Assembly (NCBI GenBank): GCA_033764315.1
Contig: JANRJA010000172.1
Span: 14,675-78,674 of the forward strand
DNA: 64,000 nucleotides
Origin: Oculatellaceae cyanobacterium bins.114
GTDB lineage: Bacteria > Cyanobacteriota > Cyanobacteriia > Elainellales > Elainellaceae
Reading direction: 5' to 3'
This document shows positions 28,199-38,645 of the stretch, one piece after another (within the stretch, counting starts at the first letter, position 1; each line of letters starts with the position of its first letter). A program made the position numbers and the translations under genes. The notes under the pieces are model-generated. The model worked only from the letters and a program-made list of their open reading frames with translations, was not told the origin of the DNA and ran no database searches.

Positions 28199-31100
28199 AT
28201 GCTTCATTGGCTAGCTGGGGTAACGCTCAGAACCTGGCACCTGTGGATGGTTCAGGTTCCAGTCGCTCCGCCGATTTCAACTCCTGAAGAGGTATCACAA
28301 CTTCCTTCAGGGCCACAGTTCTTCATAACATTAGTTGCAGGGTTATTGTTGGCTTTTGCGATTCAACTGCTGTTGACTAACTTGTCAGTAGCAGCGGGAA
28401 TCTCTTACTTGGGTCGTTCATCCGATGACGACGATCGCGATCGCAGCAAATCAGATCGTGATGGAGTCGGCTCTACCATTCGCAAGATCGGCTTTGGCGT
28501 CGGCTTGTGGACTCTCATCACCGTCAGCATCGCCTTGTTTGTAGCGTGTTATCTGGCAGTACAGTTGATCTTGCTAGAGAGTGCGGGTTTAGGGGCGATC
28601 ATGGGTTTGGTTATTTGGGCTGCCTACTTTTCGTTGTTAGTGTGGGTTAGCTCCACCACCGTTGGATCGCTGATTGGCTCAATTGTCAACAGTGCTACGA
28701 GTGGCTTTCAGGCGATCGTTGGCACGGCTGCGGCGGCGTTGGGTGCTAAGACGGTCAATCAACAAGTGGTCGCAACGGCTGAGGCAGCGGCAGCAGCAGT
28801 ACGACGTGAGTTGGGTACTGGCATTGACCCTGCGAGCATTCGTGAAAATATTGAAGATTACCTTGAGCGGTTGCGTCCGGCAGAATTTGACTTCTCTAGT
28901 GTGCGTAATGAGTTTGAGCGATTGTTAAATACGCCCGAAGCTAAATCGTTGGTGGGTAGCGATCGCGCTCGTGATGTCACTCGTCAAACCTTTGTAGACC
29001 TGATTGGCAGTCGATCTGATTTGTCAAAGCGTGAAGTCAACCGCTTAGCCGATGAGCTAGAGAGTATATGGCGACGGAGCGTTCAAGATCAGCAACCCGA
29101 TCGCCTGACAGAATTGCTTGATCAACTGCGATCGGCTCAACCCGGTCAACTCAAAAGCGATGAGATCACCGCTAAGCTTGACCAGTTGATTGAAGAAACT
29201 CGGCGATCGCGTCAGTCTTCTTCAGAGGCAACCAAGGCGACTCCTGGTGGGTTGCAGCAAATGATTCCCGCTAGTCTTGCCCCATTGGTGGGCATGGTGA
29301 TGGGGCGCAGCGATCTCTCTGATCTCAATATTGAGAAAATTCTCAATCGGGTTAAGTCAACTCAAGATCGAGTCGGTGAGTTGGCAGGTCAAGTCGGCAT
29401 TAACACCTCAAATGAGCCGTTTAATACGATTAAGGCCGATGTTGAGAACTACCTGCTGCATGTCTATGTCTGGCAGTTGAGTCCAGAGACGGTCGAGCTA
29501 GAGTTCCGCAATTTGCTCTATGATCCGGCTGCCGACCCAGGTACCGTGCGCCGTCAAATTGAGCAGATTCGTCGCTCTGACTTTGTGAATATCTTGAACT
29601 CTCGTGGTTTGCTGACGCAAAACCAGATTCAAGAGAAAGCTGATCAGCTAGAGCGGATTCGGCTAGATGTGTTGAATACCGTTCGAGCCGCCGAAGAGCA
29701 AGAAATTGTCTCTGATTTGCATCAACGCATCGAAACGTATCTCACCTTTACGCCCCGTGAGCAATTGCTGTCGCCCCAAGACAATGAACGGGCGTTTAGA
29801 GCCATTCTGGAGAACTCAGAGGCAGATTACGAGACCATGAACACTCGTTTGATGCCATATGATCGCTCCCGCTTTGCTCAGGTGTTGTTCCAGCGTCAAG
29901 ATATCAGCCCTGCTGAAGCAGAAGCATTGGCGCAACAGTTTCAAGAGGTGCGCGATCGCGTCGTAGCCGATTCTCGCAGCAGAACTGAGCAGGCTCAACA
30001 ACGACTCCAAGCGGCTCAGCAGCGGGTCGAGAGCTATCTGCAAAACACGGGCCGAGATGAACTCAACCCAGAGAGCATTAAACGGGAATTGCGAATTTTG
30101 TTCAACGACCCTCAGCTAGGGTTAGATCTGTTGCGCAATCGTGCCTCTCGGTTTGATCGCGATACCCTTGTGCAGTTGCTCAGCCAACGTCAGGATGTCA
30201 CCCCTGAAGATGCTAACCACATCCTCGATCAAGTGGAGTCAAACTGGTACAACTTTATTCACGCCCCACAACTGTTGTCGGGCAAAGCTAAAGAGCAATA
30301 TGACCAGACAACTCAAACCCTGGCTCAATATCTGCGCAACACCAACTTAGAAGAACTTGACCCCGATGGCATTCAACGAGATGTCAAACGGTTGTTTGAG
30401 AACCCCAAAGAAGGATCGTTGGCACTGCGCGATCGCCTCTCTCGGATGGATCGCGAAACTTTGGTAAGATTGCTCAGCCAGCGTCAAGACCTGAGTGAAG
30501 AGCAGGTCAATCAGACGATTGATCGAGTTCAAGAAGCCATTCGTGATGTCACTCGTGCACCTAAACGGTTGGCACTGCGGACTCAACAGCGAGCCCTTGA
30601 TTTTGAGGCTAGCATTGAAGAGTATCTGCGGAATACAGGCAAAGATGAACTGAACCCAGAGGGCATCAAGCGAGATTTGCAATTGTTGTTGCAAGACCCC
30701 CGTTTGGGTGCCAGCAGCTTGGGCGATCGCCTGTCTCGGTTTGACCGCAATACCATTATTGCGTTGCTATCTCAGCGCAAAGACATGACCCCCGAAGAGG
30801 CAGAGCGCATTGTCGCCAATGTTGAATCTGTGCGCGACCAAATGCTAGATCAAATCCGTAGCATTCAATATCGCCTACAGTCGGTGATTGATAATATCTT
30901 TGCTCGCATTCGGGGTTATCTCAACTCCCTCAACCGTCCTGAGTTGAACTATGACGATATTAAACGCGACGTTCGGACGCTGTTTAATGATCCTCAGGCT
31001 GGGTTTGATGCTCTGCGCGATCGCTTGGGCCATTTTGACCGTGGTACTCTCGTCGCCCTGATGAGCTCCCGTGAGGATATCTCTGAAGCAGACGCAAACC

Positions 31101-31321
31101 GCATCATTGACCAAATTGAGTCGGCTCGCAATAGTGTCTTGCGTCGTGCTGAGCGGCTGCAACAAGAGGCACAGCGTTACATGGATGAAGTCAAGCGGCA
31201 GGCCCAACGGCAAGCCGAGGAAACTCGCAAAGCGGCTGCCTCTGCTGCCTGGTGGTTGTTTGCAACGGCATTTGTGTCGGCGGCTACCTCGGCTATTGCA
31301 GGAGTGCTCGCAGTTCAATAA
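28199..31321 (+). CDS. Large membrane-anchored helical repeat protein (98-aa repeats)
   Basis: Three N-terminal TMs, one C-terminal TM, repeated YL.NT...EL.P..IKRD...LF.DP..G; GAGG-type RBS upstream. Confidence 0.85.
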   Translation: MLHWLAGVTLRTWHLWMVQVPVAPPISTPEEVSQLPSGPQFFITLVAGLLLAFAIQLLLTNLSVAAGISYLGRSSDDDDRDRSKSDRDGVGSTIRKIGFGVGLWTLITVSIALFVACYLAVQLILLESAGLGAIMGLVIWAAYFSLLVWVSSTTVGSLIGSIVNSATSGFQAIVGTAAAALGAKTVNQQVVATAEAAAAAVRRELGTGIDPASIRENIEDYLERLRPAEFDFSSVRNEFERLLNTPEAKSLVGSDRARDVTRQTFVDLIGSRSDLSKREVNRLADELESIWRRSVQDQQPDRLTELLDQLRSAQPGQLKSDEITAKLDQLIEETRRSRQSSSEATKATPGGLQQMIPASLAPLVGMVMGRSDLSDLNIEKILNRVKSTQDRVGELAGQVGINTSNEPFNTIKADVENYLLHVYVWQLSPETVELEFRNLLYDPAADPGTVRRQIEQIRRSDFVNILNSRGLLTQNQIQEKADQLERIRLDVLNTVRAAEEQEIVSDLHQRIETYLTFTPREQLLSPQDNERAFRAILENSEADYETMNTRLMPYDRSRFAQVLFQRQDISPAEAEALAQQFQEVRDRVVADSRSRTEQAQQRLQAAQQRVESYLQNTGRDELNPESIKRELRILFNDPQLGLDLLRNRASRFDRDTLVQLLSQRQDVTPEDANHILDQVESNWYNFIHAPQLLSGKAKEQYDQTTQTLAQYLRNTNLEELDPDGIQRDVKRLFENPKEGSLALRDRLSRMDRETLVRLLSQRQDLSEEQVNQTIDRVQEAIRDVTRAPKRLALRTQQRALDFEASIEEYLRNTGKDELNPEGIKRDLQLLLQDPRLGASSLGDRLSRFDRNTIIALLSQRKDMTPEEAERIVANVESVRDQMLDQIRSIQYRLQSVIDNIFARIRGYLNSLNRPELNYDDIKRDVRTLFNDPQAGFDALRDRLGHFDRGTLVALMSSREDISEADANRIIDQIESARNSVLRRAERLQQEAQRYMDEVKRQAQRQAEETRKAAASAAWWLFATAFVSAATSAIAGVLAVQ

Positions 31322-31370
31322 GTCTGTTGTCTATTAACAGCGTTGCATTAGCCAGTCATCCTCTCAAGCT

Positions 31371-31395
31371 AACCTCCCAATCTGGGAGGTTTTTT
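31371..31395 (+). terminator. Intrinsic terminator
   Basis: AACCTCCCA-ATC-TGGGAGGTT followed by TTTT. Confidence 0.8.
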
Positions 31396-31512
31396 ATTAG
31401 CCCGTCTATTAGCCCATCACTTGGCGCAGCGGTTTTTGGAATTGATATGAGGTGATCCCTCACACGGTTCGTTCTAATGGCAGAATAAGTGGGATGGTTT
31501 CTCTATGAAAAT

Positions 31513-31526
31513 GTCTTTCTTGCTAC
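31513..31526 (+). promoter_or_regulatory. Candidate NtcA site upstream of glnB
   Basis: GTC-N8-TAC with TAGAAC 23 nt downstream (preceded by TG-N). Confidence 0.45.
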
Positions 31527-31606
31527 AAAACCTCTCTTCTTGACGGTGATAGAACGAGTCATGCTGGTGTGAGGAATTAACCCTAACGTAAGGAGTGCTG
31601 AAATAA

Positions 31607-31945
<339 letters not shown>

Positions 31946-31951
31946 CCTTCA

Positions 31952-31980
31952 ATCCCCGGTCTTTTAAGGAGACCGGGGAT
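31952..31980. repeat. Short GATCCCCGG-family hairpin between convergent genes
   Basis: ATCCCCGGTCT-N7-AGACCGGGGAT. Confidence 0.8.
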
Positions 31981-31990
31981 CTTATGTGCT

Positions 31991-32569
31991 CTAAGACGAT
32001 AAAAGTGGCTTGAGTTGAGGCAATAACGTTTGAAATGCCCGTCCTCGATGGCTGATTTTATGTTTCACCTCTGGTGACATTTCAGCAAACGTCATCTGCT
32101 GCTCAGGGACATAAAAGATGGGATCATACCCAAACCCGCCCGTGCCACGGGCAGCGTGCAAAATTTCACCGGGACAAATGCCCTCGGCTTGCAATACGAT
32201 CGCCCCATCAGGACGAGCGATCGCCACGACACAAACAAACTGCGCTTGCCGATCTAATTCGTTGCCTAGCTCTAATAGCAGCCGTTCGATGCGATCTCGG
32301 TCAGAGCTGCCATAGCGAGCCGAATACACCCCCGGTGCCCCATCTAGCGCATCCACCATTAACCCCGAATCATCCGCGATCGCCCATTCTCCTGTTGCGA
32401 TCGCCACTTCCGCGGCTTTGAGACAAGCATTTTCAGCAAACGTATCTCCTGTCTCTTCGATCTCTAGCTCGTCTGGTTTGAGCACCAGTTCCACATCTAG
32501 ATCGGTCAGATAAGCTTGCATCTCCCGAACTTTACCGGGGTTTCCGGTCGCCACAATCAAACGAACCAT
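31991..32569 (-). CDS. rdgB: Non-canonical purine NTP pyrophosphatase (RdgB/HAM1)
   Basis: ATGNPGK, ADDSGL, PGVYSARY, GFGYDPIF, SHRG; start at MVRLIV. Confidence 0.95.
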   Translation of the reverse strand: MVRLIVATGNPGKVREMQAYLTDLDVELVLKPDELEIEETGDTFAENACLKAAEVAIATGEWAIADDSGLMVDALDGAPGVYSARYGSSDRDRIERLLLELGNELDRQAQFVCVVAIARPDGAIVLQAEGICPGEILHAARGTGGFGYDPIFYVPEQQMTFAEMSPEVKHKISHRGRAFQTLLPQLKPLLSS

Positions 32570-32717
32570 AGGAAAAAAGAAGAGAAAAAAAAGAAGAAAA
32601 GCCCTATGCCATGAATCGTTGGATAGAATCACTCAATTCAGATAGAGAGTGTAGCAGGTTTCTCCCCAATAAACGACCTCTATCTACCGCGATTCTCTCT
32701 TCTTTTTTCTTTTTTCC

Positions 32718-34184
32718 TCAGCTTGCCCACTCCTTCGCCCAAGCGAGAATCTCATGGACTCGATCGAGGGTTGCCGCTTCAGAATAAAGGCGCAGGACGG
32801 GTTCAGTGCCGCTAAAGCGAATGAGGAGCCAGCTTTGATCGGCTAACTGAAACTTGTAACCGTCGATCGCCAGACAATCGATCACATCCACTCCAGCAAT
32901 GTTGGCTGGAGGTTGGGTTTGCAGTTGCTCTAATAGGCGCGATCGCACGTCCATACTGGCGAGGGGCAAGTCGATGCGATCGTAAGCAGCCGTAAAGCCC
33001 GTTTGCTCTTGCAACTGACGATATTGCTCACTCAGATCAAGCCCCGATTGCACAACTGCCTCCAACACATAAAGAGCCGACAATAGGGCATCGCGTTCTG
33101 GAATGTGGCTGCCGTAGCCGATACCGCCCGATTCTTCACCCCCTAGAAAGACTTGTGCCTCTAACATGCGATCGGCGATGTATTTATAGCCAATCGGCGT
33201 TTCATGAACAGGCAAGTTGTGAAGTTTTGCCACCAGGGGAATCAAGTTAGAACCGCTGATAGTTTTGACGATTTCTCCGGTAAAGCCCCGCCGAGTTGCC
33301 AGGTGGTGAATCAGAATTGGAATAAGGATTTGGGAACTGAGGAAGTTGCCCTGCCCGTCAACGGCGGCAATGCGATCGCTGTCTCCATCAAACACTAAAC
33401 TAACCGACAAGCCCTCTGCTGTTTGCTGACGGTGGGTTTTAACCTGATCAAATAATTTAGACAGATAACGGGGCAGAGGTTCGGGTGCGCCTCCTTCAAA
33501 GAGAGGGTCTGCCTCGCTGTTAATCTCGCGAATGGGTAAGCCCAAAATTTGCTCTAACCCGCTTGCTGCGGCTCCATGCATGACATCTGCAAACACGGTC
33601 AATTTGCCACTGGCGATCGCCTCTTTGATCGCGGCTAAATCGACCTTTGCCTTGAGCGCATCACAATAGCTCGTCCAGGGGTTAAAGGTCGTGATGGATG
33701 CGGTGTTGCCACTATCTGTACTTTGAGAAGGAGGCTCTTGCAGCATTGCCTCAATTTTTTTTGTCACCTCAGGGGGCACTGATCCACCAAACCCACCTTT
33801 AACTTTTAAACCTGAATAAGCGGCTGGGTTGTGGCTAGCTGTAATCACCAGAGCACCCAAAGCATTGTGTTGCTTAGCTGCCCAACTAAATGCCGGAGTA
33901 GGGGCGTAGCACTCTGAGAGCAAAACATCAAACCCCGCTGCTTTCACTGATTCTGCGGTCGCTTGAGCAAACTCAGCCGAGAGAAAACGGCGATCGTAGC
34001 CGACGATGATGGTGCGAGTCGGGGTTTGGTCTCCATAAATGTGCTCTAGGGCTTTTGCTGCCAATGGAGCGACGCGCATCACTCGCTCAAAGGTAAAGTC
34101 GGCGGCAATGACACCTCGCCAACCATCGGTGCCAAAGGTGATGGGCTTATTAGCAAGGGATGCTGGAGAAAGAGAACCTGCCAT
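32718..34184 (-). CDS. Phosphoglucomutase/phosphomannomutase family protein
   Basis: FGTDGWRG, TASHNP, FDGDSDR, GGEESGG, RFSGTEP. Confidence 0.95.
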   Translation of the reverse strand: MAGSLSPASLANKPITFGTDGWRGVIAADFTFERVMRVAPLAAKALEHIYGDQTPTRTIIVGYDRRFLSAEFAQATAESVKAAGFDVLLSECYAPTPAFSWAAKQHNALGALVITASHNPAAYSGLKVKGGFGGSVPPEVTKKIEAMLQEPPSQSTDSGNTASITTFNPWTSYCDALKAKVDLAAIKEAIASGKLTVFADVMHGAAASGLEQILGLPIREINSEADPLFEGGAPEPLPRYLSKLFDQVKTHRQQTAEGLSVSLVFDGDSDRIAAVDGQGNFLSSQILIPILIHHLATRRGFTGEIVKTISGSNLIPLVAKLHNLPVHETPIGYKYIADRMLEAQVFLGGEESGGIGYGSHIPERDALLSALYVLEAVVQSGLDLSEQYRQLQEQTGFTAAYDRIDLPLASMDVRSRLLEQLQTQPPANIAGVDVIDCLAIDGYKFQLADQSWLLIRFSGTEPVLRLYSEAATLDRVHEILAWAKEWAS

Positions 34185-34496
34185 ACAACTCTAATACCTC
34201 AATGGAATGTGTGGAATCTATAGTGGCGGTAGATGGGGATGATTTTAGTCAAAAATACTGCTCAATTTTAAGCCGTTCTTTATTCAAGTGGTGTATTTCT
34301 TCAATGAAGAGGTAGTTTAATTTCTTCAAAACGACTGCCCTTAGGAAGGGTATGTAGCAACATTTCCATAGAACAGGAATCACCCCCTTGAAAACGGATT
34401 GTGAATTTAATTATTTCGCTTGAAATCACACCTGCCTTTAGATAGGTTTTAAGGGCTTAATAGTGGAAAATTCCAATATGTAGGAATTACAGTACA

Positions 34497-35114
34497 GTGG
34501 GAATCACAGTCAACTATCAACGCATATCACTGGAAAGACTGACTGAGTTGCAAAGCAATTCTGAACGCATCGAACAATTCTTTTGTCCTGAAAATTTAAG
34601 GTTAGATGAGCTAATGGATAGCCTCAAACAAGCTCAAACTCAAAACAACAATAAACTCGTAAAACAGCTAGGGGCAGAATTGAGAGAAGCATTATCCCAA
34701 GATAAAGCGAGTGTCTATCGCAACCATCTTTTATCTCAAACTCAGCTTTCTATTGAAAAAGAATGGCAAGCCATCCACTATTTACTAACAGGCGAGATTG
34801 TGTTTGACAAAAGCCAAATTAAATCACCTTTGGGTTCTATAGTGATGGGTGGTGAACGAGCTTTTTCTGAACCTGGCTATGAACATATTCGTTACTTAAA
34901 CAGCATTGAAGTCAAGGAAATTACCCAGGCTTTAAATCGATTACCCATGCCTGAGATTCGTCTTAGATTTGAACAGCGGAGGAGCACAAAAATTTATGCT
35001 CAGAGGGACGAGTGGAATGAGGAAGCATGGGAGTTTTTCCAACAGATTTTTGATTCTTTAACTCGTTTCTTTCATCAAGCGGCTGTCAATAGCGAAGTCA
35101 TTTTAATATACTAG
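34497..35114 (+). CDS. YfbM/DUF1877 family protein
   Basis: IEKEWQAIHYLLTG, RYL...EV..I..AL, F..L..FF..AA; GTG start. Confidence 0.75.
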   Translation: MGITVNYQRISLERLTELQSNSERIEQFFCPENLRLDELMDSLKQAQTQNNNKLVKQLGAELREALSQDKASVYRNHLLSQTQLSIEKEWQAIHYLLTGEIVFDKSQIKSPLGSIVMGGERAFSEPGYEHIRYLNSIEVKEITQALNRLPMPEIRLRFEQRRSTKIYAQRDEWNEEAWEFFQQIFDSLTRFFHQAAVNSEVILIY

Positions 35115-35506
35115 TCTGCTTCACTTTGCTTAATGTACTCTATGCCCCATTGGTGCATTAGATCAATCACAGGATGGAGCGATCGCCCCAAGGGAGTTAG
35201 CGAATACTCTACCTTTGGAGAAGCTTCCTGATAGGTTTCTCGATGCACGATTCCATCTTTTTCCATTTCGCGTAGCTGCTGAGTTAAAACCTTGTGAGTG
35301 ACTCCAAATAAAGAACGGTGTAACTCATTAAAGCGTTTTGAACTTTGTAATAACTCTCTAATAATTAACACTTTCCAGCGTCCACTGGTGACTCTAATCG
35401 TAGACTCAACCGCACAGGTTAAGCGGTTGTCCTCAATATAGGTTTCGTAATCAAAGGAAAGTTCCTTACTGAAATAATTTGGTTGTTCGGGTTCCGAGCT
35501 TGTCAT
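35111..35506 (-). CDS. HxlR family winged-helix regulator
   Basis: CAVE, GRWKVLII, RFNEL, LTQQLREME.DG, PKVEYSLT. Confidence 0.93.
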   Translation of the reverse strand: MTSSEPEQPNYFSKELSFDYETYIEDNRLTCAVESTIRVTSGRWKVLIIRELLQSSKRFNELHRSLFGVTHKVLTQQLREMEKDGIVHRETYQEASPKVEYSLTPLGRSLHPVIDLMHQWGIEYIKQSEAD

Positions 35507-35513
35507 GGGATAG

Positions 35514-35535
35514 ACTTACCAAAAAGTGCGTACTT
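35514..35535. promoter_or_regulatory. Candidate HxlR-family operator
   Basis: ACTTACCAAAAAGTGCGTACTT in the 87-bp divergent gap; resembles motifs I recall next to HxlR genes. Confidence 0.5.
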
Positions 35536-35593
35536 CACAGTTCTATTAGAGGCATTGTAGTCTTGACTCGTCTTTATTTGACAGGTCACTCTC

Positions 35594-36256
35594 ATGTCTA
35601 TCCACGAGTTACTTACGCCTCAAAACTGTACCGTTATTTTGATCGACTATCAGCCTCAAATGTTTTTTGGTGTCAACTCGATCGATCGCCAGTTGCTGGT
35701 AAACAACGTTGTTGGGTTGGCAAAAGCGGCCAAGGTGTTTAGTGCCCCAGTTGTGCTCTCAACGGTTGAGACAAAAAGCTTTAGTGGCTATACCATTCCT
35801 GCTTTAACCGAGCAGTTCCCTGACTATGCTCCGATCGAGCGCACCAGCATGAACTCCTGGGAAGATCCGGGGTTTCGTGCCGAAGTCGAGCGAATCGGGC
35901 GCAAAAAACTGGTGATGGCGGCCCTGTGGACAGAAGTTTGTTTGACCTTTCCGGCGATCGAAGCGATTCGAGATGGCTATGAAGTCTATATTGTGGTGGA
36001 CGCATCGGGTGGTACATCCACAGTGGCTCACGATACATCGATTCAACGAATGGTGCAGGCGGGGGCAGTTCCTGTTACCTGGCAACAAGTGTTGCTTGAG
36101 TTTCAGCGAGATTGGGCACGCAAAGAGACTTATTATCCAACGTTGGATGTGGTTAAAGCCCATTCAGGTGGCTATGGCATTGGAGTGGAATATGCTTTTA
36201 CGCTAGTTCATGGTCAACCGGCCAGTGTACCCACTCCCGAACCTGTCAAACGATAG
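35594..36256 (+). CDS. YcaC-like isochorismatase family hydrolase
   Basis: LIDYQPQM, RTSMNSWED, LWTEVC, VDASGG, QRDWAR. Confidence 0.93.
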   Translation: MSIHELLTPQNCTVILIDYQPQMFFGVNSIDRQLLVNNVVGLAKAAKVFSAPVVLSTVETKSFSGYTIPALTEQFPDYAPIERTSMNSWEDPGFRAEVERIGRKKLVMAALWTEVCLTFPAIEAIRDGYEVYIVVDASGGTSTVAHDTSIQRMVQAGAVPVTWQQVLLEFQRDWARKETYYPTLDVVKAHSGGYGIGVEYAFTLVHGQPASVPTPEPVKR

Positions 36257-36257
36257 T

Positions 36258-36833
36258 ATGACTTATTCTCCATTGCCTCAAAACCATCACGTCACCGCTG
36301 TGATTACGCATCTAGTCAAACCCGGTCGAGAGGAAGGGTATGAGGAGTGGTTGCGGGGCATTGTGCCAGTTGCCAAGCGGTTTGAGGGGCATTTAGGAGT
36401 CCAGATTTTGCGTCCTCGATCTGGAGAACCAGCGGAATATACGATCGTTCTTCATTTTGATCAGCATCCCCACCTACAAGCATGGCTAGAGTCAGAGGAG
36501 CGACGCGATTGGATCGGTCGAGTTCAACCGCTGATTCAACAGTCTGAAAATGTTCAGGTTTTGACCGGATTAGAAACCTGGTTTCAACTACCCGAACGCC
36601 CTCAAAAAACTCCCCCCAAACGCTATAAAGTGGCGATCGTCACTTGGCTGGGGGTGTTGATATTGTCGTCACTGATTGGATATCTGCTTGCCCCTTATTT
36701 GGCGTGGATGCCGTGGGTGGTGCGACAAATGGTGACATCGGCGTTAGTCGTCTGGGCGTTGGCTTATTTTGTGATGCCGCAACTGACCCGTCTATTTTAT
36801 GGTTGGCTTTATCCACAACCTAAGAGGCGTTAA
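36258..36833 (+). CDS. ABM-domain protein with C-terminal membrane helices
   Basis: VKPGREEGYEEW, F.GHLG, W..SEER, GLETWF, PPKRYK. Confidence 0.85.
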   Translation: MTYSPLPQNHHVTAVITHLVKPGREEGYEEWLRGIVPVAKRFEGHLGVQILRPRSGEPAEYTIVLHFDQHPHLQAWLESEERRDWIGRVQPLIQQSENVQVLTGLETWFQLPERPQKTPPKRYKVAIVTWLGVLILSSLIGYLLAPYLAWMPWVVRQMVTSALVVWALAYFVMPQLTRLFYGWLYPQPKRR

Positions 36834-36843
36834 CTGGAGACTC

Positions 36844-36884
36844 TGATCGAGGTGGGTGGGTTTGCCATCGATCTACCTCGATCA
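36844..36884. terminator. Hairpin between convergent genes
   Basis: TGATCGAGGT ... ACCTCGATCA. Confidence 0.5.
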
Positions 36885-36908
36885 AAGCCCTAATTTGATT
36901 GAGGTAGA

Positions 36909-38645
36909 TTAAATCGCTTTGACGCGATCGCGCCCTTCCCGTTTCGCTTCATACATCGCTTGATCAGCCCGATGCAGCACATCCCATGCCTGATGATCTT
37001 GAATCGGATTTTGCTGTGCTACTCCAAAACTGGCGGTAATGTCTAATCCTCCCACAGTGGTTTGAATGGGTTGATCTCGAACCGCTTGTCGCAGTCGTTC
37101 AGCTACATCAACGGCTTTGGTTAGTTCAGTTTCCATCAAAATTACAACAAACTCTTCGCCACCATATCGATAAACCGGAGTCTCTCGTCGTAATTGTCGC
37201 TGTAACCGTTGCGCTAAGATTTGCAAGACCTCGTCACCCACAAGATGCCCGTGAGTATCGTTGACCAACTTAAAGTAATCGATATCACACACGATAACAC
37301 TGAAGATCGATTGTGTTGCCCAGGCAGAACGAGTACTCAACTGTTCTAGCTCACGCTCTAGAGAGCGACGGTTCATGAGGTGAGTCAACTCATCTTGCAC
37401 AATTTCCCGTTGCAGGGATTTATTTTGCAATCTCAATGCTTCTTGCTTGTGCCACAGGCTTTGATAATGTTGGGCATTGGTGAGAGCGATCGCCGCCTGG
37501 TCAGCAACCTGCCTCAGAGTTTGCAGTTCATCAAGTTGATAAACCCGCTCTTGTTGATAAGACAACAGTGCCACTGCTCCAAAAAACTCTTCCTGAATGA
37601 ATAAGGGCACCATCAACACCGAGACTGCCCCAATCTCATGTAACCACTCAAATAGTGGATCCACATCGTCGTCTGCTATTTTGAGTTCAAGATAGGAGGC
37701 ACCCCCCTGCAAGAACATATCGACCACATTGCGCCACAATGCTGGGTCAATTTGTCGGTGTTGTAGGGGTTTGAGGTTGTAATCTGGGTGATCCCAAATG
37801 GACAAAATGTTGATGGGTGTGTCGCGCAGATCTACCAAGAGAGAGCGATCGCATTGGAGTCCTTGCCCTAACTCTGCAACGATGCGTCCTACGATTTCAT
37901 CGGGGTTAAGACTAGAGTTTAACAAGCGAGCGATGCGCCCAATTAAAGCCGCTTGCAATCGGGATTGTTCTAATCGTTGTCGCCAGTACAGCGCGCTATA
38001 GGCAAACCCCAACTGCCCACAGACAACATCAATGGCTTCTAACTCTTGATCACTCCACCCTACAACATTGTGTTTGGTTTGAGTGGAGGTCGCTTGAGCC
38101 ACAATTCCATCAGACAAAGCTGACAACAGTGATTCTTGGGCGTCAAGTGAGGTCTCAACCAGGGGTAATTGTCCCTGAGGGCGGTATAGTTGCAGCACAA
38201 ATTGTAGCGGCGTGGGAACCGGCACAATGCCCATAAAGCTAGCCTGCTCAAGCTTGCCCCGGTTAGTGATGGGTACGATTAAATCACCTGTTTCAAGTTG
38301 GGTGACTTGGGGCGATTGTTGTTGCTCTAGCAACCAAGATGGCAACACCCGTGGATAAAATTGCCAGATTCCCTGTTCTGGATCAGGAATTTCAGGTTGT
38401 AGCGGCAATGAAACCGAGTCTGGCTCAAAATCAATACTATCTTTAAAGGTCTGCAATGCTCCTGCAGTCGCATAAACTTGCAAGGTGTCTGACATGCCAG
38501 TGGCTAGACCTGCCCACAATAAAACCTCTGCTTGATAGGTAGCAGCAATCATCCCGATTACCTGCCGCAATAGTGAGTCTACAGAATCTAAATTACTCAC
38601 TGCCGCAGCCATCCAAGGATAGATTTGTTTCCAGGTTGGCTTCAT
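36909..38645 (-). CDS. GAF-domain diguanylate cyclase
   Basis: DELTHLMNRR, DIDYFKLVNDTHGHLVGD, RYGGEEF, ADQAMYEAK. Confidence 0.95.
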   Translation of the reverse strand: MKPTWKQIYPWMAAAVSNLDSVDSLLRQVIGMIAATYQAEVLLWAGLATGMSDTLQVYATAGALQTFKDSIDFEPDSVSLPLQPEIPDPEQGIWQFYPRVLPSWLLEQQQSPQVTQLETGDLIVPITNRGKLEQASFMGIVPVPTPLQFVLQLYRPQGQLPLVETSLDAQESLLSALSDGIVAQATSTQTKHNVVGWSDQELEAIDVVCGQLGFAYSALYWRQRLEQSRLQAALIGRIARLLNSSLNPDEIVGRIVAELGQGLQCDRSLLVDLRDTPINILSIWDHPDYNLKPLQHRQIDPALWRNVVDMFLQGGASYLELKIADDDVDPLFEWLHEIGAVSVLMVPLFIQEEFFGAVALLSYQQERVYQLDELQTLRQVADQAAIALTNAQHYQSLWHKQEALRLQNKSLQREIVQDELTHLMNRRSLERELEQLSTRSAWATQSIFSVIVCDIDYFKLVNDTHGHLVGDEVLQILAQRLQRQLRRETPVYRYGGEEFVVILMETELTKAVDVAERLRQAVRDQPIQTTVGGLDITASFGVAQQNPIQDHQAWDVLHRADQAMYEAKREGRDRVKAI

